Of a stretch of DNA of 64,000 bases, positions 27,930-41,296 are shown piece by piece. The DNA is from Botryllus schlosseri. Taxonomy: Eukaryota. Position 1 is the first letter of the stretch, and each line of letters opens with the position of its first letter. The position numbers and the translations under genes were made by a program. The notes below the pieces were generated by a model. The model had not been told where the DNA came from, searched no databases, and saw only the letters and a program-made list of their open reading frames with translations. The stretch is taken from NCBI GenBank assembly GCA_051294905.1, contig CM119372.1, positions 22,198,001-22,262,000 on the forward strand, written 5' to 3'.

Positions 27930-28390
27930 CAGAGGTGGTCAAAGTAGTCAAGAAATCTACTCAAGTAGAAGTAGAAGTAGCGACGAAAAAAATCTACTCA
28001 AGTACGAGTAGAAGTACTTCTTCCATGAGCAACCTAAAACTACTTGAAGGTGAAGTAGAATTGACTGACTTTAAAAGTACTCAAGTAAGTAAGTAGTTGT
28101 GAAAATGATCCTAATTCGTTCACGTGGATTGTGAACAGGTGACGAGCTTGATTCATATTAATGCATACCAACAGGCAACAGGTATCCAATTTTCGATAGC
28201 ATAAGCATTCATTCTCATTATGATAGTATTGATATGGAAATGCTATACTAATCCTCTGTTTTCTCGAACAGCACGTTTTAGAAAATAGCATGGTACGGCG
28301 CCATCCCCCATATTATAAGGCCCGTAGTTTAGTCGAAGAGTAATACGGAGAAGTTATATAGAATACGGTGTAAACACTTTGCGCAATTAG
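27930..28390. mobile_element. Truncated CAGAGGTGGTCA MITE
   Basis: Reverse-complement homologue of 52640..53132. Confidence 0.75.
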
Positions 28391-29451
28391 TAAGAGATCA
28401 AGATCAAGAGATCGAGCACACGCAAGGTCGTAGCCAGAAAAACAATTTTTTTTTTGGGGGGGGGGATTATGGCTTTAGGGGAGCTCTCCCGTGGGAACAT
28501 CTCGCAGAACCGTACATCCTGCCATAGGCAATTTCATCACTACCCTTTATACATACGATTCTTAGACGCACACAGACACATACCCTATGGAAGCTTCCAG
28601 TTGCCAACTATAGCTTATCTATATCGAAGGCTTCGGAATACATGGGTCGGATTTATGGTGGTCAATCATTTCGGGAGCGCACTTTGCGGAGTAGCATGTA
28701 GCATACTTTATATATCTTCGTGTGTCCCGAAACGGTAGCCTAGTTGCCGGAGCTAACAGTTCCCAACCGCCATACTGAACTGACACTCCTACAGACTCAA
28801 TCAACCCAACGACCTCGGGCTACACTAGTGTATCTACTGGTCCTGTTGTATTCTCATAATTGAGAATGCAGCTAAATTCAATAATGGGTATTTGCGGAAT
28901 AATTTTTTTTCGTGACACCGATAACAAAATCAAGACATGAACGGACACCAAATCGCGCCAAGCGCGAAGAAAAATTTTAGGTTGCATACTTTTGCCCCAA
29001 AATACTCTAATATCTATTGATTTTACGAAAATTTTCAATAAATTTGGGGGGGGGCAACCGCCCCTTTCGTCCCCCCTGGCTACGCCAGTGCGTCCAACAT
29101 CCAACTTCGCATCGGCATTTGAAATTATAGACGTGTAACCAGGAGTCTTCGATATTTATATGTGTGAGCCCCAAATATTCCTGTCCTTGTCAAATAAACC
29201 CAGCGGCAAACACAGGCGACCCGCAATAAATGCAAGGGACATTAGTATCGGCCGAACTCATAAATTAACTTTGAATGAAACTACAATTTACCAATACCGA
29301 TCTTGATCGAAAGCTATTTCGCAAATACAATTTTAAAGCTGGCAGGTCAACGGAACCACCAATAAATATAGCCGTCCAAGTCTGAAATCTGGAAATCGGC
29401 ATTGTTCCGAATGATCGCTCGATAAAATTCCATTATCCTGGTCAATTATTC

Positions 29452-31892
29452 ATTCGGACATCGTGTCTTAAGCGTATTCGGCCTGTGTTGATACTCGGAC
29501 ATCGTGTCTGGGGCGTGTTCGGTCCGTGTTGCCATTCGGACATGGTGTCTTGGGTGTGTTCGGCCTGTATTGATACTTGGACATCGTGTCTGGGGCGTGC
29601 TTGGACATCATGTCTGGGGTGTGTTCGGCCTGTGATGCCATTCGGACATGGTGTCTCGGGCGTGTTCGGCCTGTATTGATACCCGGACATCGTATCTGGG
29701 GCGTATTCGGACATCATGTCTGGGGTGTTATCGGCCTGTGTTGCCATTCGGACATGGTGTCTTGGGCGTGTTCGGCCTGTGTTGATACCCGATCATCGTA
29801 TCTGGAGCGTGTTTGGACATCATGTCTGGGGTGTGTTCGGCCTGTGCTGCCAATCGGACATCGTGTCTGGGGCATGTTCTGCCATTCAAACATGGTGTCT
29901 CGGCTGTGTTCGGACATTGTGTCTGCGGCGACTTCGGACATCATGTCTGGGATGTGGTCGGCCTAATGCCATTCACACATTATGTCTGGGGTGTGTTCGG
30001 CCTGTGCTGCCATTCGGACATGGTGTCTTGGGTGTGTTCGGCCGTGTTGATACCCGGACATCGTATCTGGCGCGTGTTCGGACATCATGTGTGGGATGTG
30101 TTCGGACTGGGTTAGCACTAGAAAGTCGTGCCTGGTTCTGTAACTGACTTTATAGTGAATATAGCGACTATCCTTATTTCTGACATGACTATCCTCATTT
30201 CTGACATGACTATCCTCATTTCTGACATGAGACTATCCTTATTTCAAACATGACTATCCCTATATCAAACATGGCTATCCTTATTTCTAACATTACTATC
30301 CTTATTTCAAACACTAGACTGACCTTATTTCAAACACGACCAACCTTATTAACATCGTGTCTGGGGGGTGTTGGGACTGTGTTGCCAATAGCACATCGTG
30401 TCTGGGGCGTTCCGACACCATGTATGGGTTGTGTTCGGCCTGTGCTGCCAATCGGACATCGTGTCTGGGGCATGCTCGGCCATTCAAGCATGGTGTCTGG
30501 GTTGTTTTCGGATCTGAGTTGACACTCGGACATCGTGTCTGGGGTGTGTTCGGCCTGTGTTGCCATTCGGACATGGTGTCTTGGGCGTGTTCGGCCCGTG
30601 TTGATACCCGGACTTCGTATCTGGGGCGTATTCGGACATCATGTCTGGGGTGTTATCGGCCTGTGTTGCCATTCGGACATGGTGTCTTGGGCGTGTTCGG
30701 CCTGTGTTGATACCCGATCATCGTATCTGGAGCGTGTTTGGACATCATGTCTGGGGTGTGTTCGGCCTGTGCTGCCAATCGGACATCGTGTCTGGGGCAT
30801 GTTCGGCCATTCAAACATGGTGTCTCGGCTGTGTTCGGACATTGTGTCTGCGGCGACTTCGGACATCATGTCTGGGATGTGGTCGGCCTAATGCCATTCA
30901 CACATTATGTCTGGGGTGTGTTCGGCCTGTGCTGCCATTCGGACATGGTGTCTTGGGCGTGTTCGGCCGTGTTGATACCCGGACAACGTATCTGGGGCGT
31001 GTTCGGACATCATGTCTGGGGGGGGGGGTGTTCGGCCTGTACTGCCATTCAAACATGGTGTCTCGGCTGTGTTCGGACATTGTGTCTGCGGCGACTTTGG
31101 ACATCATGTCTGGGATGTGGTCGGCCTATGATGCCATTCACACATTATGTCTGGGGTGTGTTCGGCCTGTGCTGCCATTCGGACATGGTGTCTTGGGTGT
31201 GTTCGGCCGTGTTGATACCCGGACAACGTATCTGGGGCGTGTTCGGACATCATGTCTGGGGGGGGGGGTGTTCGGCCTGTACTGCCATTCACACATGATG
31301 TCTAGGGCGTGTTCGGCCTGTGTTGATACCCGGACATCGTATCTGGGGCGTGTTTGGACATCATGTCTGTGGTGTGTTCGGCCTGTGCTGCCAATCGGAC
31401 ATCGTGTCTGGGGCATGTTCGGCCATTCAAGCATGGTGTCTGGGTTGTTTTCGGATCTGAGTTGACACTCGGACATCGTGTCTGGGGCGTGTTCGGTCCG
31501 TGTTGCCATTCGGACATGGTGTCTTTTGGGCGTGTTCGGCCCGTGTTGATACCCGGACATCGTATCTGGGGCGTGTTCAGACATCATGTCTGGGGTGTTT
31601 TCGGCCTGTGTTGCCATTCGGACATGGTGTCTTGGGCGTGTTCGGCCTGTGTTGATACCCGGACATCGTGTCTGGGGCGTGTTTGGACATCATGTCTGGG
31701 ATGTGTTCGGACTGGGTTAGCAGCACTAGAAAGTCGTGCCTGGTACTGTAACTGACTTTATAGTGAATATAGCGACTATCCTTATTTCTGACATGACTAT
31801 CCTCATTTCTGACATGACTATCCTCATTTCTGACATGAGACTCACCTCATTTCTAACATATTTGTCCTTATTTCAAACCAATCGAACCAACC
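29452..31892 (-). repeat. Right arm: inverted copy of the same modular array
   Basis: Reverse complement of the left arm with the same A-B-A'-B' order and shared rare variants (cccaaaagacac at ~21830 vs gtgtcttttggg at ~31520). Unit copy number differs. Confidence 0.95.
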
Positions 31893-33554
31893 TTCCTCGG
31901 AAATTATGGCCAGTATGAACGCGATTCTCCGTAAGTGTTGATAGTTACGAAACCATCTCTGTGGGGTGTTCCAGTTGTAATATGCGTATGGAAAACGATG
32001 TGGGAGAGGCATATTCGTCAGATGCGGAGAAGTTGGCTCCAACTTTTAGCTATGGCATGTTGCGGATATGCCTTCTCGGTGTGTATAGGGCTCTATACTC
32101 AATATACCTGTATCAGTAATAGAGCCCGACTGCCCGAGCATGTTCCTGGCTTGTATATTATCAACCGAAGCTGAGAGCAGAAACTGAAAGCCAGCAAAGA
32201 GTATAGAGTCCTGGAATGAAAAGAACTACCAATCACATCTGCGTACGACAAAGTCAGTTTATCTTTGTGATTGCTGTATGATGGTTTGGAGGTAAATCTA
32301 ATCTTATGTACACTGTAGAGAAAAACCAGGGAATTCGAGAAATCCGTGAGAGAAACATTTGGTATACTCTGCGACGAGATTCGAGACCATAACGAAAAGC
32401 AGCCAGCAAATTATACGAACTCAATTTCTCTTGCTTGCTGAGTAGCTGTCGCTCTTGGAGGCTAGCCAATGTCTCAATGAAGCCAATCGTTTATAGATCC
32501 AGGTAAACATCAGATGTATTTTAAGAAGGCAACTGTCACAAGTTGATTTTAATAAAAATGATTGCTGGTGCTTAGGGCTAGCCAGTAGCCACAATGATTC
32601 GAGTACTCGAATCTTAATCGAGTATTAACTTTGATGATTCGAGTCGAGTATTAAAATACTATTTTTCGAGTACTGAAATTATACTGAAAGTTGAATTACT
32701 GACGAGAATTATACCGTAGTTTTGATACTATTTTCCATTGAGTAAGCCTTGAAACCTTGATTGGCCGTGTCGCAACATACGAGATATAGTACAAAGCTAC
32801 GAACGTTGCTGGAAATAACGCATTTGCAAAGTCATGACCATCCCATAACACTGTCAAGCAGTGCAATGAAAACGGTATGGTCAAAAAAACACCAAAGTAT
32901 CTTTAATGTGACAGACAATAGGCGTTATGTTCTTTATGGTGGCATAAAAGGTAGCCTACACATTTGAAATTTGGCATAGTACATTGTGTTGTGATGTCAT
33001 CATGATGATACTCGACTCGAATCGAAGCGTAAGTGATTCAGAATCGAATTACTCAGGTACTCGATTTTGCCCAGCCCTAGTGCATATAGTAATATTTCTA
33101 TATTTGTCATGGCGGAATGTCAGCCATTTTTTTCGTAGCATACCACTACAAAAAGGTCAGACAAATTTGGTCTTGAATCATTATGTTAGAAAAAGAAGTC
33201 TGAAAAACCAATTGTTCTTGCCAAGTAGGCTACTTTCTGTCACAAAAGTAAGACCCAAATTGATAGAAAATAGACTTAAACCGGAAACTGAGCAGTTAAC
33301 ACAATGACTTGGACTCGAGCCATAAAACCATGACTCGAACTCAACGCTCTGGACTCGGATTTGACTCGGTGGTAAATTGAAAATGACTCGACTTGAATCT
33401 AGTCAAAACTATTGAAGTGGGATCGGCTTGTGACTTGTTACAACCCTGCTCACTTATTAAGACTGAAATTGCTGAAAATGAGACCAAATTTGTATATATA
33501 TTTTTTGTAGTGTAGTCAGACATGTACTGTACATCAACCTACTCATTTAGTTAC

Positions 33555-34455
33555 TAGAACTAAGTAGTTCTAGTTGTGGATTTGAAAAAGTGAATAGTTT
33601 CTGGTTCTAGTTGCGGATATTTGAAAGTGAGTAGTTCTAGTTCTAATTGCAGATTTTGAAAAGTTGACAGTTCTAGTTTAGGGCCGGCCAACCCGTGGCC
33701 CGCGAGATAATTTCCGAAATTAGTAGTATTATCAGAAATGGATTGCACAGACTGTGAACTTGCAAAACCAATCAAAAATTTGATTAGTCTGGCCGCAACA
33801 CTTGAGATGTGACGACTGAAATATCAGTTCCGACACATTGGTAGATCTATGAGCCAGTCACATTTTGGTAGATCTTCGTACACTACAATAAAGCAGAATA
33901 CTTTGCGATAGATTTATCAAAAGTAAAAATTTTCTACACGCTTAGCGCAACATCTTGTCACTCGATTTCTTGCTTTTAATATTGTTACCCCTTTGTAAAA
34001 ATGAAAGAACGCGTAAGGTAGCAGATTGAGTCCAACTATATATAGATTCGCGACCTCCCGTTTGCGCTCGCAGAAAGACCGTCGACTATGAAACCTAGGC
34101 ACAAAGTGATTGCCGCATGTTGGACGAAGCTTTCGATATCGATATCTCCAGGTGCAGAATAGTCCAGTCATTGCAAACTGAGCCCAGCGATATACAGCAG
34201 GCTTTCAATATAGTCAAGTGACAATATTATTAATTTATCAACTTCGAAAAATTTTTGCGCTTCGCGCGGCTAGTGACTCGCAGAATAGTTCGTCAGTCGA
34301 ATGTGGCGATTTGGCTGAAAAGGTTGGCCACCCTTGTTCTAGTCGCTAGTTAGAAAAATTGAGTAGTTCTAGTTAAAGTTGGGTATTTTGAAGTTCTAGT
34401 TGCTAGTTAGAAAAATTGAGTAGTTCTAGTTAAAGTTGAGTATTTTGAAATTCCA
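33555..34455. repeat. ~30-nt imperfect tandem repeat (agttctagtt...tttgaaa.tgagt) interrupted by a MITE
   Basis: Units at 33555..33678 and 34337..34455. Confidence 0.6.
33679..34336. mobile_element. hAT MITE
   Basis: Ends tagggccggccaacc / ggttggccacccttg. TSD ttctagtt/ttctagtc (7/8). Confidence 0.65.
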
Positions 34456-36151
34456 GTACTTTTGTACAAGTCTTGAGTGTTGTGGGTGGATAAAAAATTA
34501 CCACAGCAACATTTTTACAAACATGCATTTGCTGCATTCAAGATTTTCAGAATGACTTCATGATTGAGAGCCAGAGGGTTCCGTACTAGCCTACATAACT
34601 GATGACGCAGCCTATCCCTTTCAGCCCTGGCTCATGAAGCCTTTTCCCTGAAACACAAACAGAGTATAAGCTAAAGCTAATTTCAAATATATATAAATTT
34701 CCTTTCTGCTGCCCTTAAAATTCAAAATTGTCTTTTCAGAAACATAGCAAAGCACACATGAAGGTTGAAATATTTTGGTCGACTAAAGGCGCGGTGTTCG
34801 GCTTTGCTCAGAAACTGCAATCCTCTAGGCCAGAATGATACAGAGGATGGTATACGCAATGAAGACAAGACCTGGTGGTATCGCTGGCCCAGACGTCGGA
34901 AATGCCCTGTGTGACTTTCTCAATAAACAATGCTCTTGCTTGACCAGATGTGTTGGTGCTGTTTCATTTTATTCATGAGAAAAACCATAACTTGATGCAC
35001 ACTTGCACAGTTCCACCTTTTTCATCAGTATCGTCCATCTAGACCTGCGAAAAGATAAGATTAAGTTACACTTGCCTAACATTGCATAACAAAGGAATGA
35101 TTTGGTTGTAGCAAGAAAATGAAGGCATAGGTGAAAACCAAATTATGGCTTGGATGGTGTACCCAGCCAGTTGATACAATTTCAATTTTGGTTAGTGATT
35201 CAGAGCGAAAGACATCATTCACTGCTGTGCTGCCACTATCAAAGCGGATGTTACTAAATCCCCTTTTAAGTAGGCGTATATGACAGTGACTAACCTACGC
35301 ACAGCATATCCGTGGTTAGAAACTTGCCTTTGATGTAACAAATTTGGTAAGGGTTAAGATCGCCTACCAAATTAGTGTTGAAGGCCTAAAGTTTTCAGGC
35401 AACTCACCCAATGCTGCATCATTTGGAGATGGTGTTCTACCTTTTTAGCCGTGCTCTGTTTACAAAACCACAGAAAAAAGAAGCTGACTAGTAGTCAGTG
35501 ACTACGTATTGTGAGCATACATCATATAAATCCAAAAATAATGCATTCCCAACACCATTACACAAGAAGATCAATATGCCACAATAGCTGACCTCGAAAT
35601 AGAAGCAGCCTGAATGAACAGCGCGTTACCGTAACTAAAAGTTTGATTGACAGCGTTCCGGGAACCCAGCTGCGCCATTCGTGTTCATACTCAGTCGGTC
35701 TCGTAAAAATCTCCGAAAATAAGCGCGTTCATACCGCCCCGAAACACCAGTGTCATGTTCACATAGAGGGGTTCCGGTAAACATTTTCGAGAAATGTTAT
35801 TCCCGGAACCCCGGTATGAAAAGGGCCATAGATAACTATAACCTACGAAACATTAGTCATATCCAAGGTCGACGTCACACTTGCCAGTATCAGTTTATTA
35901 ATATTTTCATCATTTCGAAACACCACAAAACTGCGATACAATGAAAAAATTGGAAGGTGTCGAAACGACTTGGAGTAGTCTTTGAGATCAGACACCCACC
36001 TTGGCCTAGGCGAAGTAGAGAAAGGCATGCACACTGAATGAAAAGTAAAGCAGATAATATAAAAGGCATGCGGCAAAATGAGGGGCATGTGGCGGAAATC
36101 CAGATCGATATTAGGTCGTGGTCCGGTAATCCTGAAGGCTGATCATTTGGC

Positions 36152-36554
36152 TAGGGTTACCATTGCCATACGTCCTCCTTTAGGAGGATTTTTGTCCTCC
36201 TTTTTCAGGTTTTTGAAAATGTCCTCCGATGACGCCTAAATGTCCTCCTTTTTGGCAATTCGTCCTCCTTTGCAGCTTTTACAGCTAGGGTAATGGACAG
36301 GTTCGAGTGAAAACGGGCATAAGTGACGCTAAATAGCAAAGACGGACGTTCGAGCCCTTATAATCGGGATTCGATCGAAAGTGACGACCTTTATTTAGTC
36401 AACATCATTAAATTTAAGTAAAAAGTGTGTAAATCGGGAGTCGAACGCAAGTGATGAAAAATATCGAAATCGGCTGTTTTCAGTTTTAATCAACTAACTT
36501 TTCTGATTTGGTAAAAGTGTCCCACTTTCCCGATTCCAAGATATGGTAACCCTA
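36152..36554. mobile_element. TAGGGTTACCA hAT MITE (gtcctcctttt subterminal repeats)
   Basis: TIR tagggttaccat / atggtaacccta. TSD catttggc/tatttggc (7/8). Relatives at ~41301..41741, 42863..43298 and ~7014. Confidence 0.8.
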
Positions 36555-36824
36555 TATTTGGCTAAAAGGCAATTTGGCAACTTTTGATCGGTTTTCCGAT
36601 AGCGAAATTTGACAAAATTGGTATCAATGGGAAGCTACCGAGGCACTGATTACGAAAATATAAATTTTATCGTACTCGTGGTCCCAGAACACCAAAAATT
36701 CAGCCCCGAATTTTGATTGTTACTGAGTTTGGTATTGTGACGCGATAATGCCATCTGGAAGCAAGTTGGGAGCGCAGCGCAAACTGCAATCGTATTGGCC
36801 AGTGTTGCGCAAGCGATTGAACAT

Positions 36825-37601
36825 TAGGGCTCTTCAAAAATGACTTTTTTTCTCAAATCGTACCGGCTACTTGATAAAATTGTTAGGTTACCTAATTTGA
36901 GCCTACACACCAAATTTGGTTCAATTCCAACCAGTAGCCGCATTGCTACTGGAGAAGAAAGTTTCTATTTATTATATTTTACATTATTGTTGATATACAA
37001 TGTTCTTTCCAATTCTCTACTAGTTGCTGACGATTACCCCTGACGAGTGTCAGCCGAAAATATTCGGGTTCATTTCAATATGAATATATTATTCAATTGT
37101 ATATTGAAGTTCTGTACCTCCAAGAAGCTCTCCATATAAAAATAAATAAGAAAAAATTTGAAAATTTTCTGTTCACCCCATGAAAGTGTTGAGTTGTCTA
37201 TAGAAACGATGTTCATCAAATTTGGATCAATTTCAACCAGTGGAAGCGGAGTTATTGCCGTCGAAAAATTTGGATTATGAATAAAATAGTATTTACGGTG
37301 ACCAATTCTTTAATTATTTATTATAGTGGTACTAATTTATTCAAATCCAAATTTTTCGACGGCAATACCTCCGCTTCCACTGTTTGGAATTGAACCAAAT
37401 TTGGTGAACATCGTTTCAATAGACAACCTAACATTTTCATCGGGTGAACAGAAAATTTTCAAATTTTTTGTTATTTATATTTATATATTAAATAGAAACT
37501 TTCTTCTCCTGTAGCAATGCGGCTACTGGTTGGAATTGAACCAAATTTGGTAGGCATAGCCAGTACGATTTGAGAAAAAAAGTCATTTTTGAAGAGCCCT
37601 A
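36825..37601. mobile_element. Palindromic TAGGG-ended MITE
   Basis: Long inverted arms starting tagggctcttcaaaaatgac. Perfect TSD ttgaacat. Partial copy at ~53490..53871. Confidence 0.88.
37036..37069 (+). ncRNA. Minimal type I hammerhead ribozyme motif (Penelope-like retroelement relic)
   Basis: accc-CTGACGA-g(tgtcagc)c-GAAA-ATAT-TC-gggt: complete core, 4-bp helix I, palindromic helix III. Sits in a ~160-nt insert that breaks the host MITE's symmetry. Confidence 0.6.
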
Positions 37602-37849
37602 TTGAACATTCACTCAGAGGTGGTCAAAGTAGTCACCCTCGCTACTCAAGTTTAAGTGGAAGTAACGCCGGAATTTCTACTCAAGCAAAAGTAGAAGTGG
37701 TGGTTCACAAATCACAAGTAAGTAAGTAAGTGAGTAGGTATTCCACGCGTATCGTCTATCTCGGCAAGCCGGTGAAAATTACCGTCAAATTGCCTTTTGC
37801 CAAATGGAAAGTGTGACGTAGACCAATCGCAGTGAGCCGTGAGATGACA

Positions 37850-40087
37850 CCATAGTGTCCTATATGGTGTCGACACAGGAAAATCCCACGCCTCAGTGAA
37901 ATTGTATCACGTCACAATTTCCATTTGGCTACAGGCAATTTGACGGTCATTTTTGACCGGCTTGCCAAGCATTAAATTTGGTAAAACGGGTATCAATCGA
38001 AAGCTGGCTCTGCACTAGGGTTGTCCATAATTTGGAAAATCTTACAAATCCTCGGTTGTAATGTCTTATTCGATAGATTATTGATAAAAAACGACACTGA
38101 GCCTGAAAGAAGCTCACAGAAAGGCCGTTAAGATTTCGTGCAAAGCGTTTGAAAGTAACTGCCGAAGAATGGGCGTGCCACCGACCATAGAACGGCGAGA
38201 ACACTAGTAATCAAGAAACCACGGCTCTTGATTGGATAATCGGCTATGCTTCAATGACCACGTCAGCAGCAGCTTGCTGATTAGGTGAACAAGGAGTCTG
38301 CTACTGGCGGCGATTCTGAAAGCGCATTTTATGTAGGTTGACAGATAATGATATAGGATTGATTCAAGGTATCTTGAGGTACGAAATACATGATGTACAA
38401 ACAACTGCTGCTTCACAAAAACGTCTAAAGCATGACCGCTTCATTGTGAAGGAAACCGCTGTAGCCTATATGCCTTGTTTTCAACGAGGGAAAGCATAGG
38501 CGCTTATGCAAGTGGCGACGGATTCCTAGTTTCAGAAATAATATATCATTATTGAATACAAAGATAAAGCTTAACAATGACACTATAAGTTAAGTGATCT
38601 TATTGGGCTCAGGTTGCAATACATAGTTGAAGTTTTGAATGCTCTAGCGATCGGCTGAATCAGAAGGTTAGGCTTAGCACTCATCAGATGTTTGCAGCAA
38701 ATTGAATTCACTTGTAAATGTTTTCAAAGTCCCTAATGATGTCGCAGAAACGAGGTTTAAATGCAAGCACAGGCCCTGCTTGATATGATATGCAAACTAT
38801 GCTGGATACTATGCACTATGCAGCATTGTCTGTGTTTACCTTTACACCCCTTTTCTGCGCGATTATTAAGGAATTTGACATATCATATCCAGCATATTAT
38901 GTGCTTACTTTTACGCCTCTTTTCTGCGTCATCATCAAGGACTCTGACAACACTTCCAAGTGAATACAGTTTTCTGCAAGCATCTGACAAGTGCCAAGCA
39001 TAACCCGCTGATTCAGCCGACCCTTAGAGCTTTCAATACTTCAACTATGTACTACAACCTGAGCCCAATGAGATCACACAAACTATAGTGTCATTGTTAA
39101 GCTTTATCTTTGTATTCAATAATGATATATTATTTCTGAAACTAGGAATCCGTCGCCACTTGCATAAGCGCCTATGCTTTCCCTCGTTGAAAACAAGGCA
39201 TATAGGCTACGGCGGTTTCTTTCACAATAAAGCAGTCATGCTTTAGACGTTTTTTTGAAGCAGCTGTTGTTTGTTCATCATGTATTTCGTACCTCAACAT
39301 ACCCTTAATCAATCCTAAATCATTATCTGTCAACCTACATACAATGCGCTTTCAGAATCGCCGCCAGTAACAGACTCCTTGTTCACCTAATCAGCAAGCT
39401 GCTGCTGACGTGGTCATTGAAGCATAGCCGATTATCCAATCAAGAGCCGTGGTTTCTTGATTACTAGTCTTCTCGCCGTTCTATGGTCGGTGGCACGCCC
39501 ATTCTTCGGCAGTTACTTTCAAACGCTTTGCACGAAATCTTAACGGCCTTTCTGTGAGCTTCTTTCATGCTCATTGTCGTTTTTTATCAATAATCTATCG
39601 AATAAGACATTACAACTGAGGATTTGTAAGATTTTCCAAATTATGGACAACCCTACAGTCTGCACTGATTACGAAAATATGAATTTTATTCCGCTCGTGG
39701 CCCTGGAACTCCCACAATCAGCCTCGAATTTTTCATTGTTATGGATATTGTCATTGTGACGCAACAATGCTGTCTGGCTCTTTTTCTCTTGAGCTACTCT
39801 CTCGTTTCGCCAGACAGCATTGTTGTGTCCCAATGCCAATCTCCGTAACGATGAAAAATCCGAGGCTGATTGTGGGAGTTCCAGGGCCACGAGCGGAATA
39901 AAATTTATATTTTCGTAATCAGTGCAGAGTCAGCTTTCGATTGATACCCGTTTTACCAAATTTAATGCTCGTCAAGCCGGTCAAAAATGATCGTCAAATT
40001 TCCTGTAGCCAAATCGAAATTGTGACGTGAATCAATTTCATTGAGGCTTGAGCTTTGCTTGTGTCGACAACATATAGGACACTATGA
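37850..40087. mobile_element. Palindromic MITE P1 (CCATAGTGTCC ends, 5-bp TSD), carrying a 1.64-kb insert
   Basis: TSD tgaca on both sides (37845..37849, 40088..40092). Superfamily unassigned. Confidence 0.8.
38016..39655. mobile_element. Second copy of the long-palindromic TAGGG element
   Basis: Near-identical to 10139..11786. Imperfect TSD ctctgcac / (ca)gtctgcac. The empty site ctctgcac|tgattacg is present at ~41979..41994. Confidence 0.9.
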
Positions 40088-40542
40088 TGACACTAAGGTG
40101 TGAACACAAGCCCTCACGGCTCACTGCGATTGGTCTACGTGAGGGGTGTCAAACTCAAATTGCGTCAAGGGCTGGATTCAAGCCTTCAAATCGCTCGCGG
40201 GCCGGACCAGTCAACTGATTCCAAAATTTTTCCTCGTGCTCTTGCTTTTCACTTGAATACCTTAAGAGCATATATAGATAATACGCGGATCGGTTTTTAA
40301 AGTAGGAGTAGCAAAATCGCATAACCTCTATTCACGAACAATGGAATTGGCTAAAATACGATGATTGCCAGTTGAATACAGTTAAGAACTGCTGAAACAG
40401 TGGCGTTAACGAAGATATAAGTAGCCATATTCTATGCTCCCCTTGATTTAGTCGTAGTCTGGCGTTAGCCCTGCATATGGGTTGCGAGGAATACAAGATA
40501 TTTAATTGGAAACGCGGACGTTAAAGTTTGGTTTATTATGGG

Positions 40543-41296
40543 AAGGGTTGCCATCGACATAGACTCAAAAATAAGGACAGTCGAAAAATTAGATTGCATG
40601 AAAAAACGTTTTTGAACATATTTTGTATTTTTATGAGCCGTGGCATATTCGCTAGAAACAATCTGTTCCAGCAACTCCTTGTTATTAGAAAGTGCTTAAT
40701 GGATCTCACGAGAGCTCAGGTCTAGATTTACGTTTACTCATGACCGAAACAGCACTTCGTCAACCCCCCTTCCTAAATAAGCGTTGGCGTAAGTGCAATA
40801 TAATTTAGAAAAATTTATCAATGATTAACAGCTTACTGCTTTTTAACCAATGTATCGATTGCACTACGCAATAAATGCTGCCTTTTCCACAGCTTGAGCT
40901 TATTCTGCTGTAGACCAAACAGCAGGAACCGAGTACTACTGTTTACTGCTAAAATGACGTCCGCCGTGGTAGCTTGGTACGGACGAAACTACTCACGGGC
41001 ACGGCCCGAGCTATCTCACCAGTTGGAAGTAAAATTTTATGGCGTGAACGTCACAAGAGTTCCTTTCCTTTATGATGTCATAAAATCTCGACGCAAAAGC
41101 AGAATTTATGAATATTATGCAACACAAATACCAGAGAGAAACGATCAAAGTTCTGCAGTGGTTAAAAATAAGAAAAAATAAGGACGCAAGTCGAAAATAA
41201 GGACATTTCTTAGAAATAAGGACAGTTGCGTTTTCTAAGACGTGACCCTTCAAAATAAGGACAAATCTTAGAAATAAGGACGGTATGGCAACCCTG
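40543..41296. mobile_element. (C)AGGGTTGCCA hAT MITE with aaataaggac subterminal repeats
   Basis: Perfect TSD attatggg. Empty site present in the duplicate copy at ~42859..42866. Confidence 0.9.

Larger units (their letters stand above)
21320..31892. mobile_element. Putative giant foldback-type element (~2.4-kb modular inverted arms, ~5.7-kb loop)
   Basis: Outer termini ggttggttcgattggtttgaaataaggac and its exact reverse complement. Outer flanks appear to join into one Harbinger-like subterminal region. No TSD found. Confidence 0.65.
21134..35827. mobile_element. Old PIF/Harbinger-like element expanded to ~14.7 kb by nested insertions
   Basis: Ends ggcccttttcata / tatgaaaagggcc flanked by 3-bp ATA on both sides. 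cgcgttcatac and atgttcacatagag subterminal repeats at both ends. Confidence 0.55.

Noticed and set aside
21601..31755. Many overlapping 60-274 aa ORFs in both arms (GHHVWGVFG/SACSACVD repeats)
   Set aside because: Open in several frames on both strands because the repeat is stop-poor; unit lengths of 41 and 106 nt do not keep frame.
31900..35460. Myb/SANT partner gene of the Harbinger-like element
   Set aside because: Exon-like minus-strand pieces exist but are stop-ridden and show no recognisable motif.
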